NCBI GenBank assembly: GCA_040752415.1 | Contig: JBFMGU010000076.1 | Coordinates: 1 to 40,968 of the forward strand | Source of the DNA: Myxococcota bacterium | Lineage (GTDB): Bacteria > Myxococcota > JACRCW01 | Direction of reading: 5' to 3' | Length of the DNA stretch: 40,968 nucleotides | Shown here: piece after piece, positions 1 through 12,069 of the stretch | How positions within the stretch are numbered: position 1 is the stretch's first letter | How the letters are laid out: each line of letters starts with the position of its first letter | The notes under the pieces: generated by a model | Told to the model about the DNA's origin: nothing | The model's input: only the letters and a program-made list of their open reading frames with translations | Databases searched by the model: none | Translations under genes and position numbers: made by a program

Positions 1-47
1 AGCCCATGCCCCCACCCCCGCCCGAGAGCGGATGAGGAGGAACAACC

Positions 48-395
48 ATGGCCAGAATGCAGGTCACAGCTGGACAGCACCGCGGTGGCAGGCGCAGGCA
101 CCGGGGCGGATTTGCGGGCGTGGGCCCGCGCGGCTACCGCCGCTCCGACGAGCGCATCCACGACGACGTGGTGGCCGTGCTCACCGCGCACCCGGACGTC
201 GACGCATCCGAGATGGAGGTGGTGGTGCGTGAGGGCGAGGTCACCCTGCTGGGCGCCGCGCCGGACAAGCTGACCGCGCGCCTGGCGGAGGACGCGGCCT
301 CCCGCGTGCGCGGCGTGACGCAGGTTTTCGCGCACCTGAGCTACCCGCCCACCGTCGTGGGAGGAGAGAACGACGAGCTGGGGGGACGCTACTGA
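48..395 (+). CDS. BON domain-containing protein
   Basis: GxGPRGYRRSDERIHDDV...VDASEMEVVVREGEVTLLG...RVRGVTQV is a typical BON signature; GAGGAGGA RBS upstream of ATG 48. Confidence 0.85.
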   Translation: MARMQVTAGQHRGGRRRHRGGFAGVGPRGYRRSDERIHDDVVAVLTAHPDVDASEMEVVVREGEVTLLGAAPDKLTARLAEDAASRVRGVTQVFAHLSYPPTVVGGENDELGGRY

Positions 396-440
396 CGCAC
401 CGCTCGACCGTCGCGCGCCTGCTCCACTAGCCTCGCGCGC

Positions 441-995
441 ATGGCCTCCTCCGCCGCCACCACCGTCCAGGAATACCTCGCCTCCCTCCCCGCCGACCGA
501 CGTGAGGCGCTGGAATCCGTGCGTCGTGTCATCCGCAAGAACCTCCCCAAGGGCTTCGAGGAGGGCATGCAGTACGGGATGATCGGCTACTACGTCCCGC
601 TCTCGCGTTATCCGCAGACGTACAACGGGCAGCCGCTGGGCATTGCCGCGCTGGCGTCGCAGAAGGGGTACATGTCGCTCTACCTGATGGGCGTCTACGG
701 CGACCCCGCCACGCAGAAGTGGTTCGAGGCGGCGTACCGCAAGTCAGGCAAGCAGCTGGACATGGGCAAGAGCTGCGTGCGCTTCAAGCGCGTGGAGGAC
801 CTGGCGCTCGACGTGGTGGGCCAGGTGATTTCGCGCGTGGGCGTGGACGACTTCATTGCGCGTTACGAGGCGGTGAAGGGCTCGCCGCGCGCCAAGGGCA
901 CCGCGAAGAAAACCCCGGCCAAGCGCGCCGCCGCCAAGCCCGCGACGAAGAAGAAGACCGCCACGCGCAGGACCAGGGCGCGCGCCCGGGTTTGA
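441..995 (+). CDS. DUF1801 (YdhG-like) protein with a Lys/Ala-rich basic C-terminal tail
   Basis: TVQEYLASLP..RR...EEGMQYGMIGYYVPLSRYP.TYNGQPL...ALASQK.YMSLYLM...LDMGKSCVRFK. Confidence 0.85.
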   Translation: MASSAATTVQEYLASLPADRREALESVRRVIRKNLPKGFEEGMQYGMIGYYVPLSRYPQTYNGQPLGIAALASQKGYMSLYLMGVYGDPATQKWFEAAYRKSGKQLDMGKSCVRFKRVEDLALDVVGQVISRVGVDDFIARYEAVKGSPRAKGTAKKTPAKRAAAKPATKKKTATRRTRARARV

Positions 996-1072
996 GCGCG
1001 GCCTCAAGCTGTTGGGCAGCCGTGGGGCATTGCGCTAATGCAGGGCCGGACCTTCGCTGAGGTTTGCGCCCC

Positions 1073-2713
<1,641 letters not shown>

Positions 2714-2768
2714 CACCCACACCTGCCCCGGCGTGACGACGTGGGATCGCCACGCTACCGTGGCGGTC

Positions 2769-3320
2769 ATGTCCCGCTCCCGCTGGCTCTTCCGTTCCCT
2801 TCTCCCGCTCCTGATGTGGAGCGCGGGCTGCACCACGCGCCTGGAGGTGCCGCAAACCCCCATGACGCTGCAGCTGCCGCGTGGCTACGTGGCGCAGCCC
2901 GCTGGCCAGACGCTGGGCTCTCCCAAGGGGAAGGTGGGGGAGCTGGTGTGGAACGTGACGTTGCTCGGCAACACGTCGGAGGTGGTGCCCACGTTCGCCG
3001 TGCTGAAGGCCAACCCGGGAGAGGGACTGGACGCCACCGCCGCGGGAATCACCGGAAAGCTCAGGCTGGAGTGGGGTCGCCTGGTCGACGAGTCCACGAG
3101 CGCGGACCTCACCGTGGACGGTCGCAAGGCGCGGGTGTTGTGGCACGCCATCGTCGATCCGCGGCCGGTGGGGGGTGCGGGGCTGGACCTGCGCGTGTTC
3201 ACCGGGCTCGTCGAGGAACAGGGCCAGGTGTACATCTTCCGCTGCACGTTCAACGGCGAGGGCACGCAGGCGGCGGCGGTGGTCGAGGAGATGTTCCGCT
3301 CCGTGCGCTTCCAGGGCTGA
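2769..3320 (+). CDS. Hypothetical lipoprotein
   Basis: MSRSRWLFRSLLPLLMWSAGC signal/lipobox-like N-terminus; TACCGT 7 nt upstream of ATG. Confidence 0.7.
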   Translation: MSRSRWLFRSLLPLLMWSAGCTTRLEVPQTPMTLQLPRGYVAQPAGQTLGSPKGKVGELVWNVTLLGNTSEVVPTFAVLKANPGEGLDATAAGITGKLRLEWGRLVDESTSADLTVDGRKARVLWHAIVDPRPVGGAGLDLRVFTGLVEEQGQVYIFRCTFNGEGTQAAAVVEEMFRSVRFQG

Positions 3321-3323
3321 GCG

Positions 3324-4178
3324 TCACAACGTCACCGAGACCTGCGCGGCAAAGTAGGGCTGGCCGGTCTTGTAGCGGTCCTGGAGGTGGATCCCCGCGA
3401 GGATGATGAGCCCCGCGCGCGTGAGCCACCACGCATCCATCACCGGCGTGTGCAGGATGGCCAGGCCCGCCTGCTGGTTCTGCCCCTCGCTGCGCAGCAC
3501 GCGCGTGAAGGCGTGGAAGCCACCCACCACCATCTCCGGCATGCGCGGCCGCATCCCCAGGCCCAGGCCCACGACGAGGATGTTCTTCAACGCCACGTCG
3601 CCGGTGCCGTCCATGAGCAGGTCGTATTCCCCCGAGTAGAACCAACCCTTGCGGTGCGCGCTCCAGCCCTCCGCGGTGGCCTGGTCCGCCGCCACCAGCC
3701 GCCAGATGCGCATCTGCAACAGGTTCTCCAGGATGACGCGCTGGGAAATCGCCGGCCCGTGATGGCGACCGGTGCGCGCGCGCTCGCGGATGCTCGCCGG
3801 GTCGTGGTGGGCGCGGCGGTCGTCAAAGGACATGAGGCCGTTGAACGTGCCGAAGTGCGCAAACCCCTGCCACGTGGCGCGCATGCGCCAGAACGCCGCG
3901 GGCGTTGCCTCCACGCCCACGCCGGTGCGCAGGTACGCCGGCGTCAGCTCGGTGTGCGTGGCCACGCCAACACTGGTGGGCTCCAGCAGCGTGTTTCCCA
4001 GCTGCGTGCTGCGCAGCCGGCTTTCCCGCGCAATGAGATGCTGCCGCAGCGTCACGCGCACGCTGGTGGCGGCGCCCAGCGGGTTGTAGCGGACGCCGGC
4101 GTTGGCCTCGATGACGACGGGATTGCGCACCTCCGCGGGCAGCACGAGCAAGAGCGTGGCCAGCAGCGCGCCGGTCAT
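3324..4178 (-). CDS. Hypothetical exported protein, possibly an outer-membrane beta-barrel
   Basis: Hydrophobic N-terminus MTGALLATLLLVLPA; amphipathic strands ending YFAAQVSVTL; ATGA overlap with upstream gene stop. Confidence 0.65.
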   Translation of the reverse strand: MTGALLATLLLVLPAEVRNPVVIEANAGVRYNPLGAATSVRVTLRQHLIARESRLRSTQLGNTLLEPTSVGVATHTELTPAYLRTGVGVEATPAAFWRMRATWQGFAHFGTFNGLMSFDDRRAHHDPASIRERARTGRHHGPAISQRVILENLLQMRIWRLVAADQATAEGWSAHRKGWFYSGEYDLLMDGTGDVALKNILVVGLGLGMRPRMPEMVVGGFHAFTRVLRSEGQNQQAGLAILHTPVMDAWWLTRAGLIILAGIHLQDRYKTGQPYFAAQVSVTL

Positions 4179-4621
4179 GACTGGAGCCACCGCAGCGCTT
4201 CCCCGCCCAACGAGACCAGCACGCCAAAGCGCACGATGCGGCCCAGCAACGTGATGACGGCCAGCCGCCAGCGCGGGAAGCCCACCGACGAGGACAGCGG
4301 CGCCAGCACCACCACGGGTGGAACGCCCAGCAGGGAGCCCACCACCAGGCCGGCGGTGGCGCCGTTGCGGAAGCGCTCGCGTTTCTCCGTCGTCATGGCG
4401 GCCAGGCGACGGGCCATGGGACCCCAGCGGGTCAGCGTCTTCTCACCCATGGCGTGCAGCAGCAGGTACAGCGTCATGTGCCCGCCCGACGCGGCCAGCA
4501 CCATCAACGCGGGGTCCTGGCCGGACTCCAGCACCTGGAGCAGCAGGATGAGCTCGGTGTTGATGGCGGGAAAGAACGGGCCGGGCATCGCGATGAAGAA
4601 CATGAATGCGAAGGCGGCCAT
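4175..4621 (-). CDS. Small membrane protein, VTT/SNARE-associated (DedA/YqaA-like)
   Basis: Hydrophobic; P..N.E.ILL, LAASGG.MTLY, GSLLGVPP, GRIVRF motifs; ATG at 4621. Confidence 0.7.
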   Translation of the reverse strand: MAAFAFMFFIAMPGPFFPAINTELILLLQVLESGQDPALMVLAASGGHMTLYLLLHAMGEKTLTRWGPMARRLAAMTTEKRERFRNGATAGLVVGSLLGVPPVVVLAPLSSSVGFPRWRLAVITLLGRIVRFGVLVSLGGEALRWLQS

Positions 4622-4681
4622 GTCAGGCGTGTAGCACCGGGCCGTGGCGTCGGGCCAGTCCGTGGTAGCGTGAATGCACGC

Positions 4682-5692
4682 ATGACACCGCTCCGCTTTG
4701 ACAATCTCCAGGGTTTCACCCAGCTCCCGTGGTTTGCCATGGACGGTGGACGCCTGGTGCGCCGCGACCGCGGCGTGGGTCCCATCATTGACATGCACAG
4801 TCACCTGGCGCTGGCCTACGTGCTGCCCATGCAGGTGGACCTGCACCGCCTGGCGCCGGAGACGCAACACTACCTGCCCACGTGCTGCCCGGTGGAGCTG
4901 GACGTCTACGCGAACGAGAACTTCACGTCGCAGCAGCTCGCGGAGATGACCTCCGACCTCACCTGGCGCAGCGTGACCCGCGGCGGCATGCGCGCCACGC
5001 ACACCATCCCCAACCTGGTGCGGGAGATGGATGAGATGGGCATTGCGCACTCGGTGATCCTGCCCATCGACTTCCCGGTGCTCTCCGAGAACGCGCACCA
5101 CGCGCTCAAGGCTGGCGACGGGAATCCGCGACTCATCAGCTTCGGCTCGGTGCACCCGTATGCGCGCAATGCCGAGGACCGGCTGGTGGCGCAGGTGCGT
5201 CGGGGGGCGCGCGGGGTGAAGGTGCATCCCGCCGTCCAATGCGTCCGTCCCGACGACGCGCGGGCCATGCGCCTGTACCGGGCGTGCGGTGAGCTGCGCA
5301 TCCCGGTGCTGTGGCACTGCGGGCCGGTGGGGATTGAGCCGCGACTGGGAAGGTACCTGTCACAGGTGCGGCACTATGAGCGGCCCATTGCGGAGAATCC
5401 GCACACCACGTTCGTGCTGGGGCACGCGGGCGCGCGACAGCTCGACGAGGCGTTGGCGCTCTTGAACCGCTATCCCAATGTGTCCATGGAGGTGTCGTCG
5501 CAGGGCGTGGGAGCGATTCGTCGGCTGCTGGCCCACGGGGATCCCAACCGCATCATGTACGGGACGGATTGGCCCTTCTATCACCAGGCCCTGGCGCTGG
5601 CGAAGGTGCTCATGGCGACGGAGGGAGACCTGAAGACGCGGGAGAAGGTGCTGTACGGGAACGCGGCGCGTCTGTTGCGATTGGATGCGTGA
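4682..5692 (+). CDS. Amidohydrolase family (Amidohydro_2) metal-dependent hydrolase
   Basis: IIDMHSH, GVKVHP, VLWHCG, VLGHAG, IMYGTDWPF, VLYGNAARLL. Confidence 0.88.
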   Translation: MTPLRFDNLQGFTQLPWFAMDGGRLVRRDRGVGPIIDMHSHLALAYVLPMQVDLHRLAPETQHYLPTCCPVELDVYANENFTSQQLAEMTSDLTWRSVTRGGMRATHTIPNLVREMDEMGIAHSVILPIDFPVLSENAHHALKAGDGNPRLISFGSVHPYARNAEDRLVAQVRRGARGVKVHPAVQCVRPDDARAMRLYRACGELRIPVLWHCGPVGIEPRLGRYLSQVRHYERPIAENPHTTFVLGHAGARQLDEALALLNRYPNVSMEVSSQGVGAIRRLLAHGDPNRIMYGTDWPFYHQALALAKVLMATEGDLKTREKVLYGNAARLLRLDA

Positions 5693-5717
5693 TTCCCGGT
5701 GTTGGTGGCCATGGAGG

Positions 5718-6011
5718 GATGGTGGCGGCACGGCCCCCCCACCCGGCCGCCATCACGATTTCGCCGATTTCTCGTCGTGGCGGCCGACCTCCCCCACGGT
5801 GTGGGGAGGCGTAGATGTGCCGCGTCGGTTGGGATGTGATGGTCATTCCGCGGCACGGGTCCAATGATGCCTTGTGCCGCGCTGAGCTCATGGGCAAACC
5901 GGACGCGGCACATCTACGCCTCCCCACACCGTGGGGGAGGTCGGCCGCCACAACGAGAAAATCGGTGAAATCGTGATGGCGGCCGGGTGGGGGGGCCAAG
6001 CCGTCACCACC
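5718..6011. repeat. REPIN/BIME-like nested inverted repeat between convergent genes
   Basis: Arms 5732-5826 and 5902-5997 are near-perfect reverse complements, with a degenerate extension of about 14 bp; each arm has an internal CCTCCCC(C)AC..GTGGGGAGG hairpin; two inward GTAGAT-GTGCCGCG..CGCGGCAC hairpins at 5811-5856 and 5874-5917. Confidence 0.85.
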
Positions 6012-6021
6012 CGCCAACGGG

Positions 6022-6852
6022 CTACGCGTCAATTCCCAGTCGACGACGGTGCGTGGCATGCGCGGTCTTCACGCGCCCCATCACGTCATCCACGTCCATC
6101 CCGTAGCTCGCCATGGCGCTCGCCACGTCGTGGAACATGGCCATCATGTCCTCGGTCATCTCGCCCAGGCGGTTCACCAGCTCATCCATGCGCTCGCGCT
6201 GGTTCTCCAGGATCTCGCGCACGCGCGTGACCCCGAAGCCCACGTGCCGACGCTCGTCGGCCACCACGCCGTCCAAGACTTCCGAGTAGCCGGGGTCCAC
6301 CTGCTTGTAGAACTCGCTGGTGAACTCGAAGACGCCCAGCGCCAGCCCCTCCAGCGCCAGGTTCTGCCCCGCCACGCCACCGGCAAAGTCGCGCGTCTCC
6401 AGCACCAGCTTGCGCAGCTTGGCGCCAAACTCCAGCAGCTTGGGATTCGCGTACTTCTGGATGGCCGCGTTGGGGTCGGTCTTGCCCAGCAGCGCCAGCC
6501 GGTGCGTGAACACCTCCACGTGTCGCGCCTCGTCAATGACCTGGGTGGCCAGGTACATGCGCGCGCGCTCGTCGGGGGCCATGGAGCACAGCGCCGCGGA
6601 GCACTCCAGCGCAATCTGCTCCCCCGCCAGCGACTGCGCCGTCGACGCCACGACCGAGTGGTACAGCGCGCTGGGCAGCTCCCGGAACGCCGCCTGGTCC
6701 TTGGGCGCGTTGCCCGGGCTGTAGCCGTAGGAGGTCTCCCCCAGGTAGCGCTGCGTGGAGCGACGCCAGTGATCCACGCGGTAGAGATTCCCGCTGTGCA
6801 GGCGTCGTTGCTGCGCTTCCTCTTCCGTCTCCACCACGTCGTGAAGCTTCAT
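6022..6852 (-). CDS. Ferritin-like diiron-carboxylate protein (putative oxidase/oxygenase)
   Basis: Two E...DExRH pairs: LAGEQIAL...IDEARH and LALEGLAL...ADERRH; ATGA overlap with the TetR gene. Confidence 0.85.
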   Translation of the reverse strand: MKLHDVVETEEEAQQRRLHSGNLYRVDHWRRSTQRYLGETSYGYSPGNAPKDQAAFRELPSALYHSVVASTAQSLAGEQIALECSAALCSMAPDERARMYLATQVIDEARHVEVFTHRLALLGKTDPNAAIQKYANPKLLEFGAKLRKLVLETRDFAGGVAGQNLALEGLALGVFEFTSEFYKQVDPGYSEVLDGVVADERRHVGFGVTRVREILENQRERMDELVNRLGEMTEDMMAMFHDVASAMASYGMDVDDVMGRVKTAHATHRRRLGIDA

Positions 6853-7463
6853 GACACCTCTCCCAGGAGCGCCAACACCTGCGCTTCCGCCACGTGGGCG
6901 GCGGCCTGCACGTCAAACCTTCCCCCGGTGGCGCGACACACCCGCCACTGCAGCAGCAATCCCTCCACCACCGCCTGCGCGCACGCCGCCATGGCCGTCA
7001 CGCGCGCGGAGGGAAGACCGGGCTGCGCCCGCACAATGGCCTCCGCAAAACGCCTGCGCGCGCCCTCCTGCACGTCGGCAATGATGCGTGCCAGCTCCTT
7101 GTCGGCGGGAGCCTGGCCCCAGAAATCAATCCACACGCTGGTGTTGCGCGCGGTCTGCTCCGGGTCACCGCGGAAGTGGTAGCGGATGAGCCGCTTGATG
7201 GGCCCCTCACCATGCGCGCCGCGCGGGCCGTTCTCCACGACGTCACGCAGGTCCGCCAGGTAGCTCTCCGCCATGCGGCGCATCAGCGCGCGACGCATCT
7301 CATCCTTGGAGCTGAAGTAGTAGTGCAGCACGCCCCGCGGCAGCCCGCTGCGCGCCGCAATCTCCGTCACGCTGGCCGCATCCGAGCCGGCATCCGCCAT
7401 GGCCACGAACAGCCCGTCGAGGATCTGGTTGCGACGCTCCGCGGTGACCTGGGGCCGAGCCAT
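6849..7463 (-). CDS. TetR/AcrR family transcriptional regulator
   Basis: ERRNQILDG...SVTEIAARSGLPRGVLHYYFSSKDEM HTH; GAGGAGG RBS upstream of ATG 7463. Confidence 0.92.
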   Translation of the reverse strand: MARPQVTAERRNQILDGLFVAMADAGSDAASVTEIAARSGLPRGVLHYYFSSKDEMRRALMRRMAESYLADLRDVVENGPRGAHGEGPIKRLIRYHFRGDPEQTARNTSVWIDFWGQAPADKELARIIADVQEGARRRFAEAIVRAQPGLPSARVTAMAACAQAVVEGLLLQWRVCRATGGRFDVQAAAHVAEAQVLALLGEVS

Positions 7464-7482
7464 GCGTCCTCCTCGGAACGGG

Positions 7483-7506
7483 AATCTTGGACGCCCATCC
7501 AAGATT
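7483..7506. promoter_or_regulatory. Putative TetR operator
   Basis: Perfect AT-rich inverted repeat AATCTTGGA-cgccca-TCCAAGATT about 20 bp upstream of the TetR start. Confidence 0.7.
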
Positions 7507-7639
7507 GGTCATCCGGCGGTTGACGGACCCGGCGTTGTCGACGTCGCCCCGGTTGGTGGGCGCCGCAGATTTTTCCCGTTCCCCGCAGGCAGCGCGGACG
7601 CGGGCGTGGAGCTGTGCTGGTGCGGGGCTTGTCGGGTAG

Positions 7640-8934
<1,295 letters not shown>

Positions 8935-8938
<4 letters not shown>

Positions 8939-9573
8939 GCAACCCCGCCGAGCTGCGACGGGAATACATGGCCCACGGTCTCTCGGAGTCGGACCTGCAT
9001 CCGGATCCGTTCGAGCAGTTTGGCCAGTGGTTCAAGGAGGCGGTGAACGCGCAGGTGCTGGAGCCCAACGCCATGACGCTGGCCACCGCCGGCGCCGACG
9101 GACGCGTCAGCGCGCGCACCGTGCTGCTCAAGGGCTACAACGTGCACGGCTTCGTCTTCTTCACCAACTACGAGAGCGTGAAGGGCCGGCAGCTGGACGA
9201 GAACCCGCAGGCCGCGTTGTGTTTTCCCTGGCTCCTCCTGGAGCGCCAGGTGTGCATCAGCGGCAAGGTGGAGAAGCTCCCGCGCGAGGAGTCGGAGGCA
9301 TATTTCGAGAGCCGCCCCGTCGGGAGCCAACACGGTGCGTGGGCGTCACGGCAGAGCCAGGTGATTGCCTCGCGCGAGGTGCTGGAGCGTCAGCTGGCGG
9401 AGGTGGCGGCGCGTTACGGCGAGGGGCCGGTTCCCATGCCGGAGTACTGGGGCGGGTACCGGCTCATCCCGGACATCATCGAATTCTGGCAGGGCCGCCC
9501 GAGCCGACTGCATGACCGGTTGCAGTACCGTCGCACCGCGCACGGCTGGGTGATCGAGCGGTTGTCGTCGTGA
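8935..9573 (+). CDS. pdxH: Pyridoxine/pyridoxamine 5'-phosphate oxidase
   Basis: [57 protein letters not shown] overlap with the kinase stop. Confidence 0.96.
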
Positions 9574-9595
9574 AATGACCTGGGCCGGGGACGTC

Positions 9596-10333
9596 TCAGG
9601 GAACCCAGTCCGTGAACATTCCGAGCTGGTAGGGCTCCCAGTGTGTCATCCGCAGCTCGATGGCATCCCCCAACGCGCGCTTGAGGACCTGCGCCAGCCG
9701 CGCCGCCATCCCGCGCGAGATCGCTTCCGCGCGCAGCCGGTCCGAGGTCACCTCCAGCCTGCCGGTCACCTGCCTCCCGTCGGGGAGCACGACGGGGCTC
9801 CACCGCCGCGTGGGATGCGTGCGGGTCCACAGGAATCCCGGGTGCTTGTGCGGTACCAGGTCGGGGATCACGCCGGGGATCCCGTTGCGCAGGACCTCCA
9901 GGACGTGTTCCCGGTCCCTTGTTCCGAAGACCATCCGCGTGACGAGCAGGTGCTCCTTGCCCTGCCCGACAAGCTCGGGTGGTGGCATCTCGCGAATGGT
10001 CTGCAGCAACCGCGATGGCGTGGGCCCGCCCGGCTCCAGGAGCCACCGGCCGGGATCGGCGTGGCGGGATTCGGGCACAACGGCGAGATAACGCTGCACC
10101 ATGTCGGCCGGGAGGGCGCCCTCGCTGCGCTCGTTGGCCGCGAGTGCTCCCCGAATGAAGTCCGCCGCCAGCTCCGGCGTCGCGGGCTGCCAGGGAGGGA
10201 ACTCGGGATTCTCCAGGAGCTCCCTGAGCGCTTCCGGGGCCGCGTCCGCTCCTCCGGCCAGCAGCGTGACCACGTGGTCGTGGAGGTCAAGGTGCACCAG
10301 CACGTCCGCCACTCTTCGGGACGTAGGCCTCAA
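9596..10333 (-). CDS. Hypothetical protein, start uncertain
   Basis: 245-aa ORF filling the gap with coding-like composition; C-terminal GRLEVTSDRLRAEAISRGMAARL..LG segment resembles regions seen in SEC-C-associated hypothetical proteins (weak). Confidence 0.55.
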   Translation of the reverse strand: MRPTSRRVADVLVHLDLHDHVVTLLAGGADAAPEALRELLENPEFPPWQPATPELAADFIRGALAANERSEGALPADMVQRYLAVVPESRHADPGRWLLEPGGPTPSRLLQTIREMPPPELVGQGKEHLLVTRMVFGTRDREHVLEVLRNGIPGVIPDLVPHKHPGFLWTRTHPTRRWSPVVLPDGRQVTGRLEVTSDRLRAEAISRGMAARLAQVLKRALGDAIELRMTHWEPYQLGMFTDWVP

Positions 10334-10508
10334 CCACGGGCCAGGTGCGCACGGAGTCGGGATAGGTCGGCGCCCCCGTCCCCTGGAACTCCCGCCCGCG
10401 CGAGATCAACGGCTGGAAGACTTGTCCTTGTGCATGGAGATGGAGGTAGCCGCAGGCGGGGCGCGCGGCAACCCACGGGCGCTTGTCGTCGGTGGTCGCG
10501 TTCAGCGC

Positions 10509-11954
10509 TCAGTGCCCGCCGCCAAGCGTGCCGGGGATGCTGCCCGCGGAGACCACGTCCACCTTGCCGTCGCGACGGAACGTGACGTCGTAGACCGGCA
10601 GCCCCGCGGCCAGGCGCGACAACGTGGCCCGTGCCTGGCGACGCGCCATGCTCTCCACCTCGTGCAGCAGGGAGGCTTCCGCGTCGCGGCTGAGCGTGAA
10701 GAGGTCATTCTGCATGGCCAGGAAATGCACCAGCTGACCGCGCAGGTAGCGACTCACCTGCGGATGGTTCACGAACATCTGCCGACCAAACGCGTTGGGC
10801 GACACCAGCGGGAGCTGCGTGAAGGGATGCACCTGGTCGTCGTCGACGCGCACGTTGATGACCGCGCTCTCCAGGTGGCCGCCGGGCAGCGGCGTGTACT
10901 CGAAGTCCGTGGAGCCGTTCCAGCGCGTGCGGAAGAGCGCCTTCAGCATGGTGATGATGAGCCCCTTGCGCATGCCGTAGAGGTCTTCGTGCTGCAGGGC
11001 CAGGCGGATGTGGCCGCAGCCCAGGTGCTCCGGCTTGCCCAACAGGTGCTCCAGCACCAGCTCCCGCACCTCCAGCGGCGGGCCGCGCAGGAAGCGGCGC
11101 CACTCCATGGTCTCGAACACGTTCTTGAGCGCGTGGTCCAGGCGACGGTCAGTGCGCATGGACTTGATGAACATGTTGGCCGAGCCGATGTCGGTGTGCA
11201 CGTAGAAGCGACCGAAGGTGTCCAGCCGTCGACGTGCCAGCGTCTCCACCTCCGCCGCGGTCAGCTCCCGGTCCAGCACCGTCTCCAGGCCGGCCAGCGC
11301 CAGCATGAACTCCCCGCCGTCGCCACCGGGGGTGCCCACCACGCCGGTCTCGTCGCGACCATCCACGCACGAGAGACGACCGTGCAGCAGCATGGCGGCG
11401 AAGCGCAGCCACCGCACGCTGAAGACGTCACCAATGTGGGCCTCCACCTCCTCACGCGTGAGCGGTTTCCGTTCCTGCTCCACCGTCTTCTGGATCTCGC
11501 GCAGCTGGTTGCGACGGGCGACGATGGTCGGGTCATGCAGCGTGGCGAAGCCCAGGTCCTTCCACGCAATCATGCCGCCGCGCATGGCCGCCACCATCCG
11601 CATGCCCTTCTGCTCGAGGAGACGGGCCGCCTCCATGGCACGTTCACTCCCGCGCGAGATGATGATGAGGGGTGAGTCGCGGTGCAGGCGCTCCGGCAGG
11701 GTGGGGATGAGCGCGCGGTCGAGCACGTCGACACCGGGGATGAATCCCAGCGGACCGGTGAGCTCCTCGTCGGTGCGGATGTCAATGAGGCGCACGCTGC
11801 GACCCTGGCGCGCCACGTACTCCGGCGTGTGCAACGGCACGCCGCTGGGCGAGCGCTCCAGGCTGTCCACCCAGGTGACGCGGAAGAAGCGCTCCACCTG
11901 GCCCATGGCCCCAATGGGCGGAATGAGGGGATCATCCACGGTCGTCGAGGTCAC
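10509..11954 (-). CDS. Rhodanese-like domain fused to a beta/zeta carbonic-anhydrase-like metal-binding domain
   Basis: N-term LIDIRTDEELTGPLGFIPG...MRGGMIAWKDLG (rhodanese; active-loop Cys replaced by Ser, IISRGSER); C-term SCVDGR..GTPGGDGGEF..YVHTD..EHLGCGH; GTG 11954 with GGAGG RBS. Confidence 0.75.
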   Translation of the reverse strand: MTSTTVDDPLIPPIGAMGQVERFFRVTWVDSLERSPSGVPLHTPEYVARQGRSVRLIDIRTDEELTGPLGFIPGVDVLDRALIPTLPERLHRDSPLIIISRGSERAMEAARLLEQKGMRMVAAMRGGMIAWKDLGFATLHDPTIVARRNQLREIQKTVEQERKPLTREEVEAHIGDVFSVRWLRFAAMLLHGRLSCVDGRDETGVVGTPGGDGGEFMLALAGLETVLDRELTAAEVETLARRRLDTFGRFYVHTDIGSANMFIKSMRTDRRLDHALKNVFETMEWRRFLRGPPLEVRELVLEHLLGKPEHLGCGHIRLALQHEDLYGMRKGLIITMLKALFRTRWNGSTDFEYTPLPGGHLESAVINVRVDDDQVHPFTQLPLVSPNAFGRQMFVNHPQVSRYLRGQLVHFLAMQNDLFTLSRDAEASLLHEVESMARRQARATLSRLAAGLPVYDVTFRRDGKVDVVSAGSIPGTLGGGH

Positions 11955-12069
11955 GGACCCTCCCGCGCTGCGGATTGGGCAGCGTGACGGAATCTCCGAC
12001 GGTGGATGGCCGGTGGGCAAGCGGTTTCATCGCAGTGCGGGCTTGCCCTCGGCGCGCCCGAGGCCGCGG

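Noticed and set aside
5732..5997. CRISPR array or protein-coding ORFs in this interval
   Set aside because: Repeats are inverted rather than direct with spacers, there are no cas genes, and the mirrored ORFs are by-products of the palindrome
10334..10435. In-frame TGA (MHKDKSSSR*SRAGG...) upstream of the 9596-10333 ORF as selenocysteine or readthrough
   Set aside because: No RBS, no redox-motif context, no convincing SECIS; the extension is low-complexity
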